Notes: generated by a model from the letters alone, not told the origin. 64,000 nt of DNA from Octopus sinensis (GCF_006345805.1 NC_043016.1:24180001-24244000); one strand, 5' to 3'. Positions 27,780-41,427 are shown, counted from the stretch's first letter. Numbers and translations: made by a program.

Positions 27780-28460
27780 ATCAAAAGCTATGAAAATTAT
27801 ATAAAGGTGGTAGTATTAGTACATGCTTATGGCTTAACTTGAACAATGGTATCTAGGATCTATTCCTGACAAGGAAAGATTTGAATTAATAGCCAAGATA
27901 CTGCTCCAAGACTGAAAATCACCAAGAAAAGAAGCAAAAATCACCAAAGAAATGGAACAACTTTTTACCCTTTGGCTTGACTCATAAACGTATCTCCATA
28001 TGGTAGGTGGTAGTTCAAGAGAAAGCACTTTCATTATACCTTAAGATATAGCCTGACCATGTGACAAGATTTCAAGGCCAGTTCAAGATTGTGAAAACTG
28101 TCTCACTGCTTGAATTTCAAAACAATGTTATGGTTCAAGGTGAATGTTCATTAGTGTTAGTAAATGCTGATATGCAACCACTCGCAAATGAAGAGTTGAT
28201 AGAACTTCATGAACAGCATCAGCAAGAAGAGATGCAGTGAACAGAACCAGTATCAAGACACATCACTGTCAACAAAATACATCAAGGTTTTTCCATATAT
28301 GGATAAATCACTATCTCTTTTCAAGCAGATGGATCCTAATGCTATGTACTTTGCTAGAATTATGAGGGCTGTTCAAGACACTTATGCTCCTTAAAGGGTT
28401 AACTTGGATGACAAAAAGAATAAAACCATTCAAGGTACTCCTGACAAGTTCTTATTGAAC
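27780..28460 (+). mobile_element. Tigger transposase remnants (N- and C-terminal pieces)
   Basis: ITKEMEQLFTLWLD; LANEELIEL...MDPN...DKKNKTIQGTPDKF. Confidence 0.6.
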
Positions 28461-28604
28461 ATTAAAAGTTGAACAGTCTGAACTGGAAATGTCTGAGAAT
28501 CAAACAATTCCTTTGATTTTAATGTCAACTCTGTAATCCACATTTCTCCTCCAGCCTCTACTTTGGGACAATCAAGTGCACCAACATCCTCAAACAGATA
28601 AATA

Positions 28605-30385
28605 CATGGGTGGGCTGAAAAGTTCATAGGCTGACTATGAAAGAGTAATGTTAGAGCTGCGAAATCTTACAAGTATTTATTTAAAACTCTTCCTATTAAT
28701 AACTGCATTATTTCTTTCTTGGTAAACTGACATCTGACTGTTCAAAGAAGACTTTGTAGCGGTAGCTGATACCCTCACTGTTTGAGAGACACAGCAGGAA
28801 TGATCTCGTTTGAGATTACAGCCATCCTTGGCTGGGTTGTTCTTGTTGTGTCCACTGATCTGATTGGCTGACATGTGGCGCGGTTTGTCTCAACTTTATT
28901 TTGCGCCACTGTCCAAAGCCAACTAATCACGGCCTTAGGATAAGGTCACATAACGCAGTCTTTTGGATGTTCTTCTGGAGCCTCTAGAATGCTTTAAAAT
29001 ACCTCAGAATTTACCATTCCAGGTCTTTGGTCTTCGGCCATTGACCACACCACCACAGAGCAGCCAGTTTGAGTGATGACCACACAAGCCATGTTCCTGC
29101 TACAGCCAGCGACAACGCCAACATACACCAGCAATGTAGGATGTCTCCACCACTGTCGCCATTCTCTATCATCGCCATCACCACCATCGACCTCAATGAT
29201 ATGTACACAGCAACTCGCTCAAGTTTAGCTTACACACTGTTCGTGTAGACACACCAAGGTTAACAGCACAACTCTACCGGCGAGATCTTCTGTACCGATG
29301 TAACCTGGCAAATGGATCGAAGCCCAACTTCTACACGCGTAGTAACTGCTCTCCTCTTTGCCCCAACTTCATTGACACAGAACGAACTGCTATTGTGTAC
29401 CTTACAAACTGGTATTTATCTCTATCTTGTGTCTGGACATTTCTATTTATTCTTGATGTTCACTCTTATAACACACACGAACACACATACACAAACACTT
29501 GTGCATGCACACATACACAACACAGGCTAGCACTCACAACGATCTAACCTTAACACCTTGTAAATAAAATCTTATTTTCTCTCAAACAGTGGAACGGCTT
29601 GTCGTCATTCATTTATATTCTATTGGCACTGTTGTATGAGTTGTACTATGGCTTATCTTATTTCGTTAGGGATGCGACCGTGTAGCTTGCAAAGGAGACC
29701 TATGTCACCAACCTCCTCACATACGGTCATATTCCTACAACTTCAAAAGTAACTAGTAGAGGACTTCTCTTGAAAAATGGACAAAATTTGGCATTGTGGT
29801 GTTGTTAAGTACATGCAGAAAAAAGGTTTAGTCTCCAAGGACATTCATGCTGACATAGTTGCTACATTAGAGGATGACACTCCAGATTTATCAACAGTGC
29901 AAAATTGGGCAGCTGGACATCATACAACTGCCGCCACCAAGGAAAACATTTGTCGTGTTCACCACAAATTGATGGATGTCAGGCAATTGACTATAAATCA
30001 AATAGCCAATGTTATTAGCATATGCCATGAGTTGAGAATATTAGGCACAATGAACTTGGCTTGATGATGTTTCTATTCAGTGAGTGCCATGACTTCTATC
30101 ACATGGTTGATCATATCACAGGAAAATCTTTCATTGCTTGAGGCAGATCCGACAGGTTTCCTTGAATGTTTCCTAACCCAAGAAGAGTGTTGTGTTCATC
30201 ACATTGAGCCAGAGTAAGAGACAATCTATGCAGTGGAAACACCCCTCCTCACCTGCCCAAAGAAGGCCATGGTCATGTCATCTGCAGTACAGATGATGGC
30301 TTCATTTCATTGGGATGCAAAAAGCATTGTGTTTACTGGCTATCTTCAAAAGGAGCACACCATCAATGCAGAGAACTATGCCAAC
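28605..30385 (+). mobile_element. Mariner element (5' TIR plus truncated transposase) interrupted by the 28755-29628 insert
   Basis: TA + GGGTGGGCTGAAAAGTTC terminus; MDKIWHCGVVKYMQKKG...LSTVQNWAA; MMASFHWDAKSIVF...TINAENYAN. Confidence 0.8.
28755..29628 (+). mobile_element. Putative solo LTR
   Basis: ~870-bp non-coding insert in a mariner 5' region; starts TGTAG, ends CA, AATAAA near 29563; no clear TSD. Confidence 0.45.
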
Positions 30386-30679
30386 ATTATTTTATATTTT
30401 TGGTTCTGTTTTAAAATGTTTCTTAGTATTATCTTTTATTATTTTTTATTTTTGTTTAGTTTACAGCATAGAATTTTATAGCAACTGGAAACCTTGTTTT
30501 GAATTAATTTCAATGAATTTTTAATGTATGTTTGAAGCTAAAGCTTGTCTCAGTAGCTCTCAAAGCATGAAACATAAAATATGTGTCATATATATGATCT
30601 GGAATTACCAATTGGCACATGACTCACATGCACACATACAAACTCTCTCTCTCATATGTTGGTATGCATAAAGGCTAAA

Positions 30680-31070
30680 GAGGAATGAAACAAGCATTGC
30701 TCTCTGTTGGATGTATAATGTTTTATTCATGGTCGATGTGGTACAAAGAAGCTAAGCATAATCTTGCTGTAATAAGGATAAGAATAAGATTCAGACACAG
30801 TGTGTATCAGAGCTGCCAAGTACATTGGTACTGGTCATGAAATACACACGGATGATGACATATGGGTAAAGAGGTGTCATGTGATAAATATGAAAGGAAA
30901 ACAAGTGGAAGGAAGACCAAAGAAGACATGGACAGAAATAGAGAAAGCTAATCAGGATGTTGAATCTCTTAGAGGAGATGAAAAAGAATACAACAAATAA
31001 AGAAATGCCATGTAAAAGAGAACTGGTCCAACCCATGCAAGTATGGGATGAAAACAGATGTAAAAACACC
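30680..31070 (+). mobile_element. Old RTE LINE C-terminal remnant
   Basis: GHEIHTDDDIWVKRCHVINMKGKQVEGRPKKTW. Confidence 0.7.
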
Positions 31071-31339
31071 AATGCTAATACACACACACACACACACACA
31101 TATATATTTATGTACACACCCACACATATATATTTATGTACACACCCATATACACATGTGTATGGACGCATATATTCTATACACACCACTTACATTTTGT
31201 AATATGACTTTTACAAAATGTAAGTGGTTACACTTAACATTTTCTAATAGTCAACCAAATGTAGAAGACCTGACTTAGATCGAATCACAAATATGTACCT
31301 CATCATGATGTATATGTATGTATATATATATATCGAAAT

Positions 31340-31693
31340 CGAAATCTTTCAACATCAATGGAAATTGTAGCTGAGATACCAGTGCCAGTGGCACGTAAGA
31401 GAACCGTTTGAACGTGGCCATTGCCAGCACCGCCCCAACTGGCCTCCGTGCCGGTGGCATGAAAAAGCACCATCCGATTGTGGCCATTGCCAGCCTCGTC
31501 TGGCCCCCGTGCAGGTGGCACATAAAAAGCACCCACTACACTCTCGGAGTGGTTGGCGTTAGGAAGGGCATCCAGCTGTAGAAACACTGCCAGATCAGAG
31601 TGGGCCTGGCGCAGCCTCCTGGTTTCCCAGACCCCAGTTGAACCGTCCAACCCATGCTAGCATGGAAAACGGACGTTAAACGATGATGATGAT
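31340..31693 (+). mobile_element. RTE 3'UTR and tail
   Basis: Tandem GTGCC..TGGCAC units, conserved tail, (GAT)n. Confidence 0.85.
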
Positions 31694-31695
31694 AG

Positions 31696-31895
31696 TTAAT
31701 CCAAACAAGAGAGCACAAAAAAACACAACAACGCGAGGACGTGGAACAAATATAGTATTATTGGACGCTCAGGAAAGAAGGAGGGTTTAACGTTTCGAGC
31801 AGAGCTCTTCATCAGAAACATAGGAGAAGGAAAGATCTAGAGAAGGGAAGACAGAGGAAAAAAAATCGCCAACGGTACACACACGGTCACGAGTA
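31696..31895 (-). mobile_element. Penelope-type terminal repeat fragment
   Basis: Paralog at 46955-47160; contains a hammerhead motif. Confidence 0.65.
31785..31819 (-). ncRNA. Minimal type I hammerhead ribozyme, intact core
   Basis: Minus strand GTTT-CTGATGA-A-GAGC(TCT)GCTC-GAAA-CGTT-AAAC. Confidence 0.75.
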
Positions 31896-31959
31896 CCCCT
31901 TATTCATTGGACAATGAACTTTGCTTGCAAAGACCTATTGTGGAAAGTGAAATAAAAAT

Positions 31960-32387
31960 CAAATCGCTAACATGGCCGATGACAGTACCGCCTAATTGGC
32001 AATCATGTACAGTGGAATGTAAAAGGACATCTGAGTGTGATTGTTGCCAGGGTCACGGATTGACTCCTGTGCCGATGACTGTGAAAAGCACCATTCAAGC
32101 GTGGTCATTGCCAGTGCCGCCAGACTGGCTCCCATACAGTTAGCAGATAAAAACACCCTTTGAACATGGTCATTGCCAGTACTGCCTGACTGGCCCTTGT
32201 GCCAGTGGCACGTAAAAGCACCCACTACACTCTCAGAGTGGTTGGCGTTAGGAAGGGCATCCAGCTGTAGAAACTTTGCCAGATCAGATTGAGCCTGGTG
32301 CAGCCTCTGGCTCACCAGTCCTCAGTTAAACTGTCCAACCCATGCCAGCATGGAAAGCAGACATAAGACAATAATGATGATGATGAT
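31960..32387 (+). mobile_element. RTE 3'UTR and tail, older copy
   Basis: Same tail family, more diverged. Confidence 0.8.
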
Positions 32388-33652
32388 ATATATAATTAAA
32401 AGAAGACAGAAAACGGAGAAATATCGATGAACAACAATTAACTTACATCAACTAGTATTTATTAATTCAATACAAATAGACTGCATCCCATCTAACAGCT
32501 GTTTCTGCTTTCAGTGTCGTATGGTATTGCCATTGATATGCTAAAATATTTATCATATTGGTATTACCAAATATGATAAATATTTTAGCATATTTCTCCA
32601 TTTTCCGTCTTCTTTAAATTTTGATACTTAATAAACTCATGTTTATCCTTGTCTTTGTAAAGGTGCATGGCTCAGTGGTTAGAGTGTTGAGCTTACGATT
32701 GTGAGGTTGTGAGTTCTGCCTCAATAAATTTCATTTGATCCATGCAAGCATGGAAAAGTGGATATTGAATGATGATGATGATGATGATGATATCTTTAAG
32801 CCAGGACTCTTTTCAGGGCCTCCATATCTGGTTGGGAAAGATTAAAATAGTATCCACAAACTGGATGGATACCTGGTCTGAATGCTTGTTGCAATGCAGA
32901 CTTTGCTAAAGGATTCCAAAGGTGCCAGGTAGAGGTGTTAAATCTCCTATTGTGACATCCCACCCAACATTTATACAGTTCTGCTAACAAAAAAAAGGAT
33001 GAAAGGTAAAGTTAACATTGGTGAGGTTTGAACTTAGAGCATAGAGGGTCAGAACATATACAATGTTGTATTTTATCCAGAAGTCTAATGATTCAGCTAA
33101 TTCACTACCCGAAATGTTGAAGAACTGAACCCCTATATTTTACACAACTGCAGTGGAGACATAGAAGGATTATTTCTGTTAAGGATGTTGGAAAACAATA
33201 TTGAGGTTTGTGAAAGTTTTTCTATGAAGGCACATGGCCTACTAATTAGAGTATTCCACTTGCAAATGTAAGATTGTGGTTTCAATTCCCAGTGTGGTGC
33301 TGTGTTTACTATGCAAAGTACTTCTTTTCATGCAGCTCCTGTCCACTCATCTGTAAATGAGTTCCAGCAGTAGCTGGGAAGTTAACCCTGCAATGAGCTG
33401 GCATCCTGTCCAGGAAGGAGTGAGATAATCTCAATCACTTATACACCATTGAAACCAGGTTAAACTCTGGCTTAATGAGTCCTAGGACTTGTGACAATGT
33501 TTTCTAAATGCATCTTCATTTATTCTTGTTTAATACTGAAGTGGAATATCACAATAAGAGCTCAATGCTCTGTTTCCTACTATAAACATTCAATGTCAAG
33601 CAAATATTACAGATAAACATAAACTTACAGTTGCTGTATGTAAAATTATTTA

Positions 33653-34145
33653 CTATAAATCCTTGAGTATAATCCGCATTTTTTCCCCAAAATTTAATGG
33701 TCAAAATCCCTAGTGTGTATATGAGGTTAAAAATAAAAAATATTTTCTACGCAATGTCCGAGTCTCTATTTGCTGTCCTGCAATGTTTATTCAGACGGAT
33801 TTTGTGATGTCAGGTGCGAAAATACCTTAAGCTAAGCCTGAAAGCAATGAAGTCATAAAAGAATCATCCATAACTTACAATAAGCAACATTTACTCTTAT
33901 TTCTTTATTTTCTGCAAACAAAATGCACAAAAAAGCTACATGTTTGCATTATGTTATATATACAATAATAATAAAGGACGTTACCGTAATCAGGTTTAAA
34001 AACCAAGGACGTTTTATAGACCTCCTTGACTCAAGTTAGAGAAGGAGTGCGTATTATACATAAGGTTTAGGTTTTCAGAAGTACAGTCCCCTAAAAATCT
34101 CTTGCGTATTATACTCAAGGGCAGTCTATACTCGAAGATTTATGG
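33653..34145. mobile_element. Non-autonomous Tc1/mariner-superfamily MITE
   Basis: TA-flanked TIRs CTATAAATCCTTGAGTATA / TATACTCGAAGATTTATGG. Confidence 0.75.
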
Positions 34146-34911
34146 TATATCCTTTATTACTTAACAAATCTTCTAAATTTCTTTATTTTGACAAATGTTG
34201 AAAGCTTTTGCCTACCCCCATATAATCATCTTCCTCTCTCTCTCTCTCTTTTTCTCTGGCAACCTCTTTGAATCATAAGCTCAATTCATCAACAGGCCTT
34301 CAAATTGTGTTGCCTGCTCATTTCTCACAAACTTGTAAAGTTTGTATCTATTTGTGGAAAAGAAGGAATCTTACAACAATTCAACCAATTAAAAAAGAAT
34401 ATTTTTCTTTTTTAGTTCTTCCACTGCAGCCTTATGTTAACCATTTTTGTGGTGAATAGAACTTGCCAAGTAACTGAGAACTCTGGCAATAAACCATGCT
34501 TGAGAAAACTTGTCAAGCCAAGTGAGATCGTAGTTGTAGCTGATGCAGGTGTTTTATAACTGGCACCCATGATGGTGACACATAAAATGCACCCACTACA
34601 CTCTTGGCATGGTTGGCATTAGGAAGGGCATCCAGCTGTAGAAATCTTGCCAAATCAGCTTACCAGTTTTCAGTTAAACCATCCAACCCATACTAGCATA
34701 GAAAATGGATGTTAAATGATGATGATGATAACGATGTGTAGGAGCCCCAAATAACTATGTAAAATAAATAAATAAGTGTGTGTGTGTGTGATGGAATAAT
34801 GGTCTAGACAGGCAAAAGACTGGTATTTGGTGAGAATATGACATTTATATATTCATAGAATTTGAATGAAGAAAAGAATGCTTAAGGAGTGGGTAATGGA
34901 TAAAGAAACCC

Positions 34912-35235
34912 CTCTTTGGTCATGAATGACCATGCGATTGCACCTAGAAAGTTTCCCTTCAAGACACAAGTTCAGGCAAGGTTGTTTATGGAAAACCAGC
35001 AGTCCCTCATGCGTACCAGCCACCCCTTTCCGCACCGCCAATGTTATCTGAGGGAAAAGCAAAGGTCAATGCAACTTGGCACCAGTGACATCACAATTCA
35101 TTTCTACAGATGAGTGAACTGGAACAATAGGAAATAAAGTCTTGCTCAAGGACACAACACACAGCCCATTCTGCAAATTAAGCTCACTACCTCATGATCA
35201 TGATCCCAATGTTCTAATTTCTGAGTCATGTGCCT
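34912..35235 (-). mobile_element. tRNA-derived SINE, third family; paralog at 45296-45577
   Basis: tRNA-like head on minus strand, CTTGAGCAAGAC central motif, shared GGTCATGAATGACCATG end. Confidence 0.75.
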
Positions 35236-35879
35236 TTACTTAAGGAGTGTAAATCAGAAGAGATCAATAAAAAGATCAATTCAGCAATGGTTGTGGTATA
35301 CATTGCTATACTCCTGCAATAGTTACAAGATAAGTCTTTATTATTGATATTATATAGTAGGTTAAGGCAGATCTTCATAGGTAAACTCCCAAACTAAAAG
35401 AACAGGCAATCTTCACACATTCTTCCTTCTCCGTCAGCTTTAGATTTTACCTACAATCTAATATCTATAATACAGACTTATAACTATTGCAAGACTATAG
35501 CAGCATGTATCACAGCCATAATGAACATTCTTCAGCTAAAATATTTTCAATCTCTTGTGATTTAAACTTCTGTAACATTCAGTTCTACCTACATGTGTCA
35601 ATGTTTAAATATACAAATGTCATAATCAGACCAGATACCAGTCGTTTGCCTGTCTGTACCTTTATTCTGTTATACATGTACCAACTCAACTGAAACACTG
35701 TCCACAGCCAATTTTCAAGAGGCAGCTATAACATACCCACATTTTAAGTTGCAGTTCAAATTAGAGCTTAGGCAGCATGAGCACTAAATGTATGCATTTT
35801 TTATCCTGTATCATCAGATATAATATTACCAGCAATTTGCATGTGTGCATATGTGTATAGATAGATAGACAGATAAAAT

Positions 35880-36695
35880 TTATGTCAGAGTGAAAGGCAG
35901 ACTGTATGATGCCTGTGTGTGATCAGCTATGCTACACAGCAGTGAAACATGGGCAGTGAGTGCTGAGGACATGTGTAAGCTTGAAAGAAATGAATCTAGC
36001 ATGCTTCACTGGATGTGCAATGTCAGTGTGCATGTACGACATAGTGTAAGCATTTTGAGAAACAAATTAAGAAAAGAGACATCAGGTTTGGTGTGCAAGA
36101 GAGACGACTCCACAGGTATGGTCATACAATGTGTATGGACAAGGACAGCTGTGGTGAAGAAGTGCTGATCTCTGTGAGAGAATCTCTGGAAGAGGGACAA
36201 GGTGGTGAAGTATTATCTTTAAACGTTGGGCCTCACATAGGCAATGACTAGTGATTGAGACCTTTGGTGATATGCTGTGCTTAAGAAGACCTGTTATGCC
36301 AAGTGAAATTGCAGTCGTGGCTGATGCTGGTGTTGCATAATTAGCATCTGTCCTGGTGGCACATAAAAAGCACCTTTCAAGCATTGGGCCTCTTGGAGGC
36401 AATGACAAATAACTGAGATCTTTGGCAATATGCCATGCTTGAGAAGAAGATCCAGCAAGCCAAGTGAAATCATAGTCATGGCAGATACTGGTGTCACACA
36501 ACTGGCATCCATGCCAGTGGCATATAAAAGCACCGATTACATTCTTGGAGTGATTGGCATTAGGAAGGGCATCCAGCCATAGAAACTATGCTAAATCAGA
36601 CTGAAACCTGGTGCAGCTCCTCAACCTACCAGTTTTCAGTCAAACCATCCAACCCATGCCAATGTGGAAAACGGATGTTAAATGATGATGATGAT
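35880..36695 (+). mobile_element. 5'-truncated RTE LINE
   Basis: RVKGRLYDAC...MLHSSETWAVSAEDMCKLERNE, followed by 3'UTR and (GAT)n. Confidence 0.9.
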
Positions 36696-36710
36696 ATATG
36701 CATATGTGCA

Positions 36711-37330
36711 GGAGTGACTCTGTGGTAAGAAGGATAAAAAAGGCGGTGAGCTGGTAGAAACGTTAGCATGCAGGGCGAAATGCTTAGCGGTATTTCGTTT
36801 GCCGCTACGTCCTGAGTTCAAATTCCGCCGAGGTCGAGTTTGCGTTTCATCCTTTTGGGGTCGATTAAATAAGTACCAGTTATGCACAGGGGTTGATATA
36901 ATTGACTTAATCCATTTGTCCGCTTGTTTGTCCCCTCTGTGTGTAGCCCCTTGTGGGCAGTGAAGAAATAAGAAGCTTGCTTTCCAACCACATGGTTCTA
37001 GGTTCAGTCCCACTGTGTGGCACCTTGGGCAAGTGTTTTCTACTATAGCCTCAGGCCAACCAAAGCCTTCTGAGTGGATTTAGTAGACAGAAATTGAAAG
37101 AAGCCCATCATATATGTGTGTGTGTGTGTATTTGTGTGTCAGTTTTTGTCACCCCACCATCGCTTGACAACCGATGTTGGTGTATTTACATCCCCATAAT
37201 TTAGCGATTCAGCAAAAGAGAACAATAAAATAAGTACTAGGCTTACAAAGAATAAGTCCTGGAGTAGATTTCTTCGACTAAAGATGGTGCTCTAGCATGA
37301 ACGCAATTAAATGACTGAAACAAGTAAAAA
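36711..37330 (+). mobile_element. SINE (GGAGTG.CT.TGTGGTAAG head family) with a second SINE nested at 36748-36973
   Basis: Head split at a duplicated TAAGAAG. Confidence 0.8.
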
Positions 37331-38719
37331 AATCTTTTCTACTCTAGACACAAGGCCCAAAATTTTGCGGGAGAGGGGCCAGTTGATTAAATTGACCCCA
37401 GTATGCAACTGGAACTTAATTTATTGACCCTGAAAGGATGAAAGGCAAAGTCAACCTCAGTGGAATTTGATCTCAGAACATAAAGACATATGAAAAACCA
37501 TTAATCATTTCACCTGGCGTACTAACGATTCTGCCAACTTGCCACCTTGAAGCAAGTAAAAGAATGTGTGTGTGTGTGTGTGTGTGTGTATTTTTATGCT
37601 TGTGTAAATGTGGAAGTGAGTGCCATGACCATCATTATTTAATATTTATCTTCCATGCTGGCATGAGTTGGAAGATTTGATAGGATCTCATGAACCAGAG
37701 GACTGCATTGCACTCCAATGTCCCTCTGGCATGGTTTCTATGGCTGTTTGCCCTTCCTAATGCCAACCACTCTACAGAGTGCATGGGTGTGTTTTTTGTT
37801 GCATAGAATCACCTGTGCCAGTGACATGTAAAAGCAGCCATGCCAGTGATATATACAAGGTACCTACTACACTCTATGGAGTGCTTGGCATCAGGAAGGG
37901 CATCCAGCCATAGAAACCATGCCAAATGAGACTGGAACCTGATACAACTCTCCAGCTTACCAGTTCCAGTCAAACTGTGTGACCCATGTCAGCATGGAAA
38001 ACAGATGCTAAATGATGATGATGATGATGACAACGATGACAATGATGATGATATTAGTGGGGTCACCAAGTAACTCATAAGTGAAGAACTCAACTGAGAG
38101 GGGACGGAAAACTGAGGGAGGTGGCTTTATGCCAAATGTTGAGAGGTCAAAGTAGTTATGGGCAAACTGTGACCTGCAAGACTTTCTCAATGGCACACCA
38201 ACAAAAGTATACCTTGAATTTTTCTTTATTTTTGGTAATGCAGCCTGCTGGATGATGCGGCTTTGTTGTGACATTCCACTTCAGTATTAAACAGAAATAA
38301 TCCTTTCTACTAAAGGCACAAGACCTGAAATTTGGGGTGGAGTAAAGCGATTGAATTGACCCCAGTGAAAGGATGAAAGGCAAAGTTGACCTCAGCGGAA
38401 TTTGAATTCAGAATGCCACTAAGCATATTGCCTGGCATGCAAAAGATTCTACCGAGCCCTAGGGCTCATGAAGCTAAAGCTTAACTTGGTTTCCATGATG
38501 TATAAATGATTGAGACTACCACACCCCTTCCTGGACAGGATGACAGTCCATCACAGGATTAACTTTCCCAGCTAGCACTGGAACTCATTTATGGATGACG
38601 GTGGACAGGAACAACATGAAAGGAAGTGCTTTGCTCATGCAAACAAAGTACCGCTTCTCCACAAAAGGTTATTCCTGTTCCTCTATCACACTCCTTCTAT
38701 CATTCTTTAACCCAGGTAT

Positions 38720-39050
38720 GTGTCTTGCTGTAGAGGAGATACATGGATATCACAGCTGGAAAGAGAGGGAAAAATGATGGTGGATATGATGTGTCAAGGT
38801 ATGCTTTCAAGGTACAAGAAGATGAATGTAAGAGAGAATACAGACAGAGGATCAGAAAATGTGGGCGGAGAGATAAGTTCACAAGCATGTAAAAGGAGAG
38901 TGTCAGATGATTAGAGATGAGTTTAGAGGTGAATATACCGAATGGTGAACATGGGAAGAGGAGTGGTTGATGGTGAATATCAGTTTGGGAGGAGGAGGGC
39001 AAAGGAAATAGAATTGGGTCAGCAAGGAAGAGGATGTTGTAATAAGTGAT
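38720..39050 (-). mobile_element. Penelope-like element remnant
   Basis: Similar to 15690-16430. Confidence 0.4.
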
Positions 39051-40459
39051 AGCACAAAAAAAATTGTGTGTGTGTGTGTATGTGTGTATGTATGTATGTA
39101 TGTATGTATGTATGTATGTATGTATTATTTTTATGTTCAGTTTTAATATAAACAATTTTACATTAATCTAATGGGTCATTCTATATTTTGTGGAGTACAA
39201 ATTTATTATTCTTATGCAAGAATGTTTGTTGCTGACAATGACTTGGAAATTTCAGCCCTCATGCATCTGTGTTCATGTGGATACTTCTGTTTACCAGAAT
39301 AAACCACTAAGCAGTCTAACAAACAGAAATTGATAAACTAAGTAGTTAACAAAAATAAACGGTAGGGTCAATATGATTGACTGAAACTTTCCAAGATGGT
39401 GAAGCCACAGCCAAGTTATAAACTAGAAACTGAAACTAGTGAAATAGGAAAAGAATGAGACTATGTCAACAATAATAATTGTTTTGGTACCTTGCTCTGT
39501 TAATGGTTACAGCACAATTTCTTGGCTGGCCAGCCCATGCGTGGGCAGCATAAGGAAGAGATCCTGAGTAATGTCAACTATGTAAAAATACACAAAACCA
39601 AACAAACTTGGTCATAAATAAAAGTTTAACCCATTTCTGTGTCACTATAGAAAGAGCTTTTGTTCTGCAGCTATTGGTTACAGCCACCTACGTATACACA
39701 GTCATGTACATAGACATACTGATGGATACAAACACATATAAAAAGAAATACACATACTTATATATACACACACATGTATGACATAGATGTGCATGCATGT
39801 GTGTGTATATATGTAGATGTTGGTATATATGTAGATAGATAGGTAGACAGATATATAAAAACTATAATATAGCATTGACATAGATACAAGCAGGGTTATA
39901 AAGAACTGAATATTTTGCATATTTAACGATTTCTTTCTTCTGTTTTTTTATAAAAGACTGAAGAATATTCAAGTTAAATCAAGTCGAAAAGATGGTACAA
40001 GATCACGATTTACTATGTTTTCCTTAAGCAAATTACCAAAGTGATAACTGTAAATCAAAGGACATTGAACAAGATCGGCAATTCAAATGACATCTTCATT
40101 CTCTGTTTTGAACCTAACTATTTTATTTTATTACCTAAGATCAATGGTAGTTTCCATGATACTCTATTCCAAAGCTTCTCAAACTGTTTCTTCTGATTGT
40201 ATTTGTTTGTCTTATCCAAAAGTATTGATGTACCTCTTGTGAAAAGCATAATCTAAGATGGTTGAACAGCATGAAACAGAATAGCAGGTACCATTTCATG
40301 GTACACCATAAAAATAGACCATGTATTATTAGTTATTAATATTTGGATGTCAGTTCTTGCAAACAACATATTTATAAACTATCTACTAACTCTGAGAATG
40401 CAACATTGGAAAGTAGTTCATGTGAATGTTGTGAAATTCTAGTGTTTTTACAAATTTCA

Positions 40460-40605
40460 GGTGCATGTGTAAGAAGCTTGCTTCCCAACCACATGGTTCC
40501 AAGTTCAGTCCCACAGCATGGACAAGTGTCTTCTACTATAGTCTCATACTGACCAAAGCCTTGTGAGTGGATATGGTAGATAGAAACTGAAAGACATCTG
40601 TCATT

Positions 40606-40650
<45 letters not shown>

Positions 40651-40860
40651 CTGTGTCTAATCTTGTCTTCCACCATTGCTTAACAACTGGTGCTGGTGTT
40701 TTTACATCCCCATAACTTAGTGGTTCGGCAAAAGATACCAATTGAATAAATACCAGGCCTTAAAAAAAAATTAGTACTGAGGTTGATTTCTTTGATTAAA
40801 AAATTCTCCAAATTTGCTCCAGCATGACCACAGTCTAATGACTGAAACAAGTAAAAAAAT
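40460..40860 (+). mobile_element. tRNA-derived SINE with internal (GT)n
   Basis: Same family as 42541-42975. Confidence 0.8.
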
Positions 40861-40954
40861 AAGATACAACTGAAATATTTGTTATATACCTCTAGGAACA
40901 TGCATCTACCACAAGACCAATATCTTTTTGTAATTGCTGTAGCTTTTATGTCTC

Positions 40955-41427
40955 AATGACCCCGAGAGCTATGCTAGTTGAGTACAAGCTCTTGATAGGG
41001 CCTCTCATGCTAGGCAGGGAAAATGACAGAAGCCAGAGTAACACCACCCACCTCTTCCCAGAGGTAAGATTGGGTTTGTCCGAGGCCAACCCCCTTACCC
41101 AAAGAAGAAAAAGCAAAACTACAGAAGCACCAATGACAATTCAGAACCAACAAGACCTGGAAGATGAAGGCTTCCTTCAGGGAAACATATGAAGTGGTAC
41201 AGCAAAATCTGAAAGAAAACCAGCATCCTGTATTACACAACAAACCCTAGCTTGGAACCCACATGGAAAGCAGAAGAGGGGATGCTCTGAAAATAGCTGG
41301 AGGTGGGATACTGTGACATAGTTGAAATAGCTGGAAAGAAGCAGAATAGACAGACCAGAATAGAGAACAGAGGAGAAAATTGTTGTTTGTCTACGTTCCA
41401 TAGGAAGCAAAGGGTTTAAGTAAGTAA
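40955..41427 (+). mobile_element. RTE (BovB-like) derivative ending in (TAAG)n
   Basis: [24 protein letters not shown]-terminal motif; TAAGTAAGTAA tail. Confidence 0.65.

Noticed and set aside
39957-39995. CTGAAGA...GAAA hammerhead-like spacing
   Set aside because: No pairing stem II or stem I
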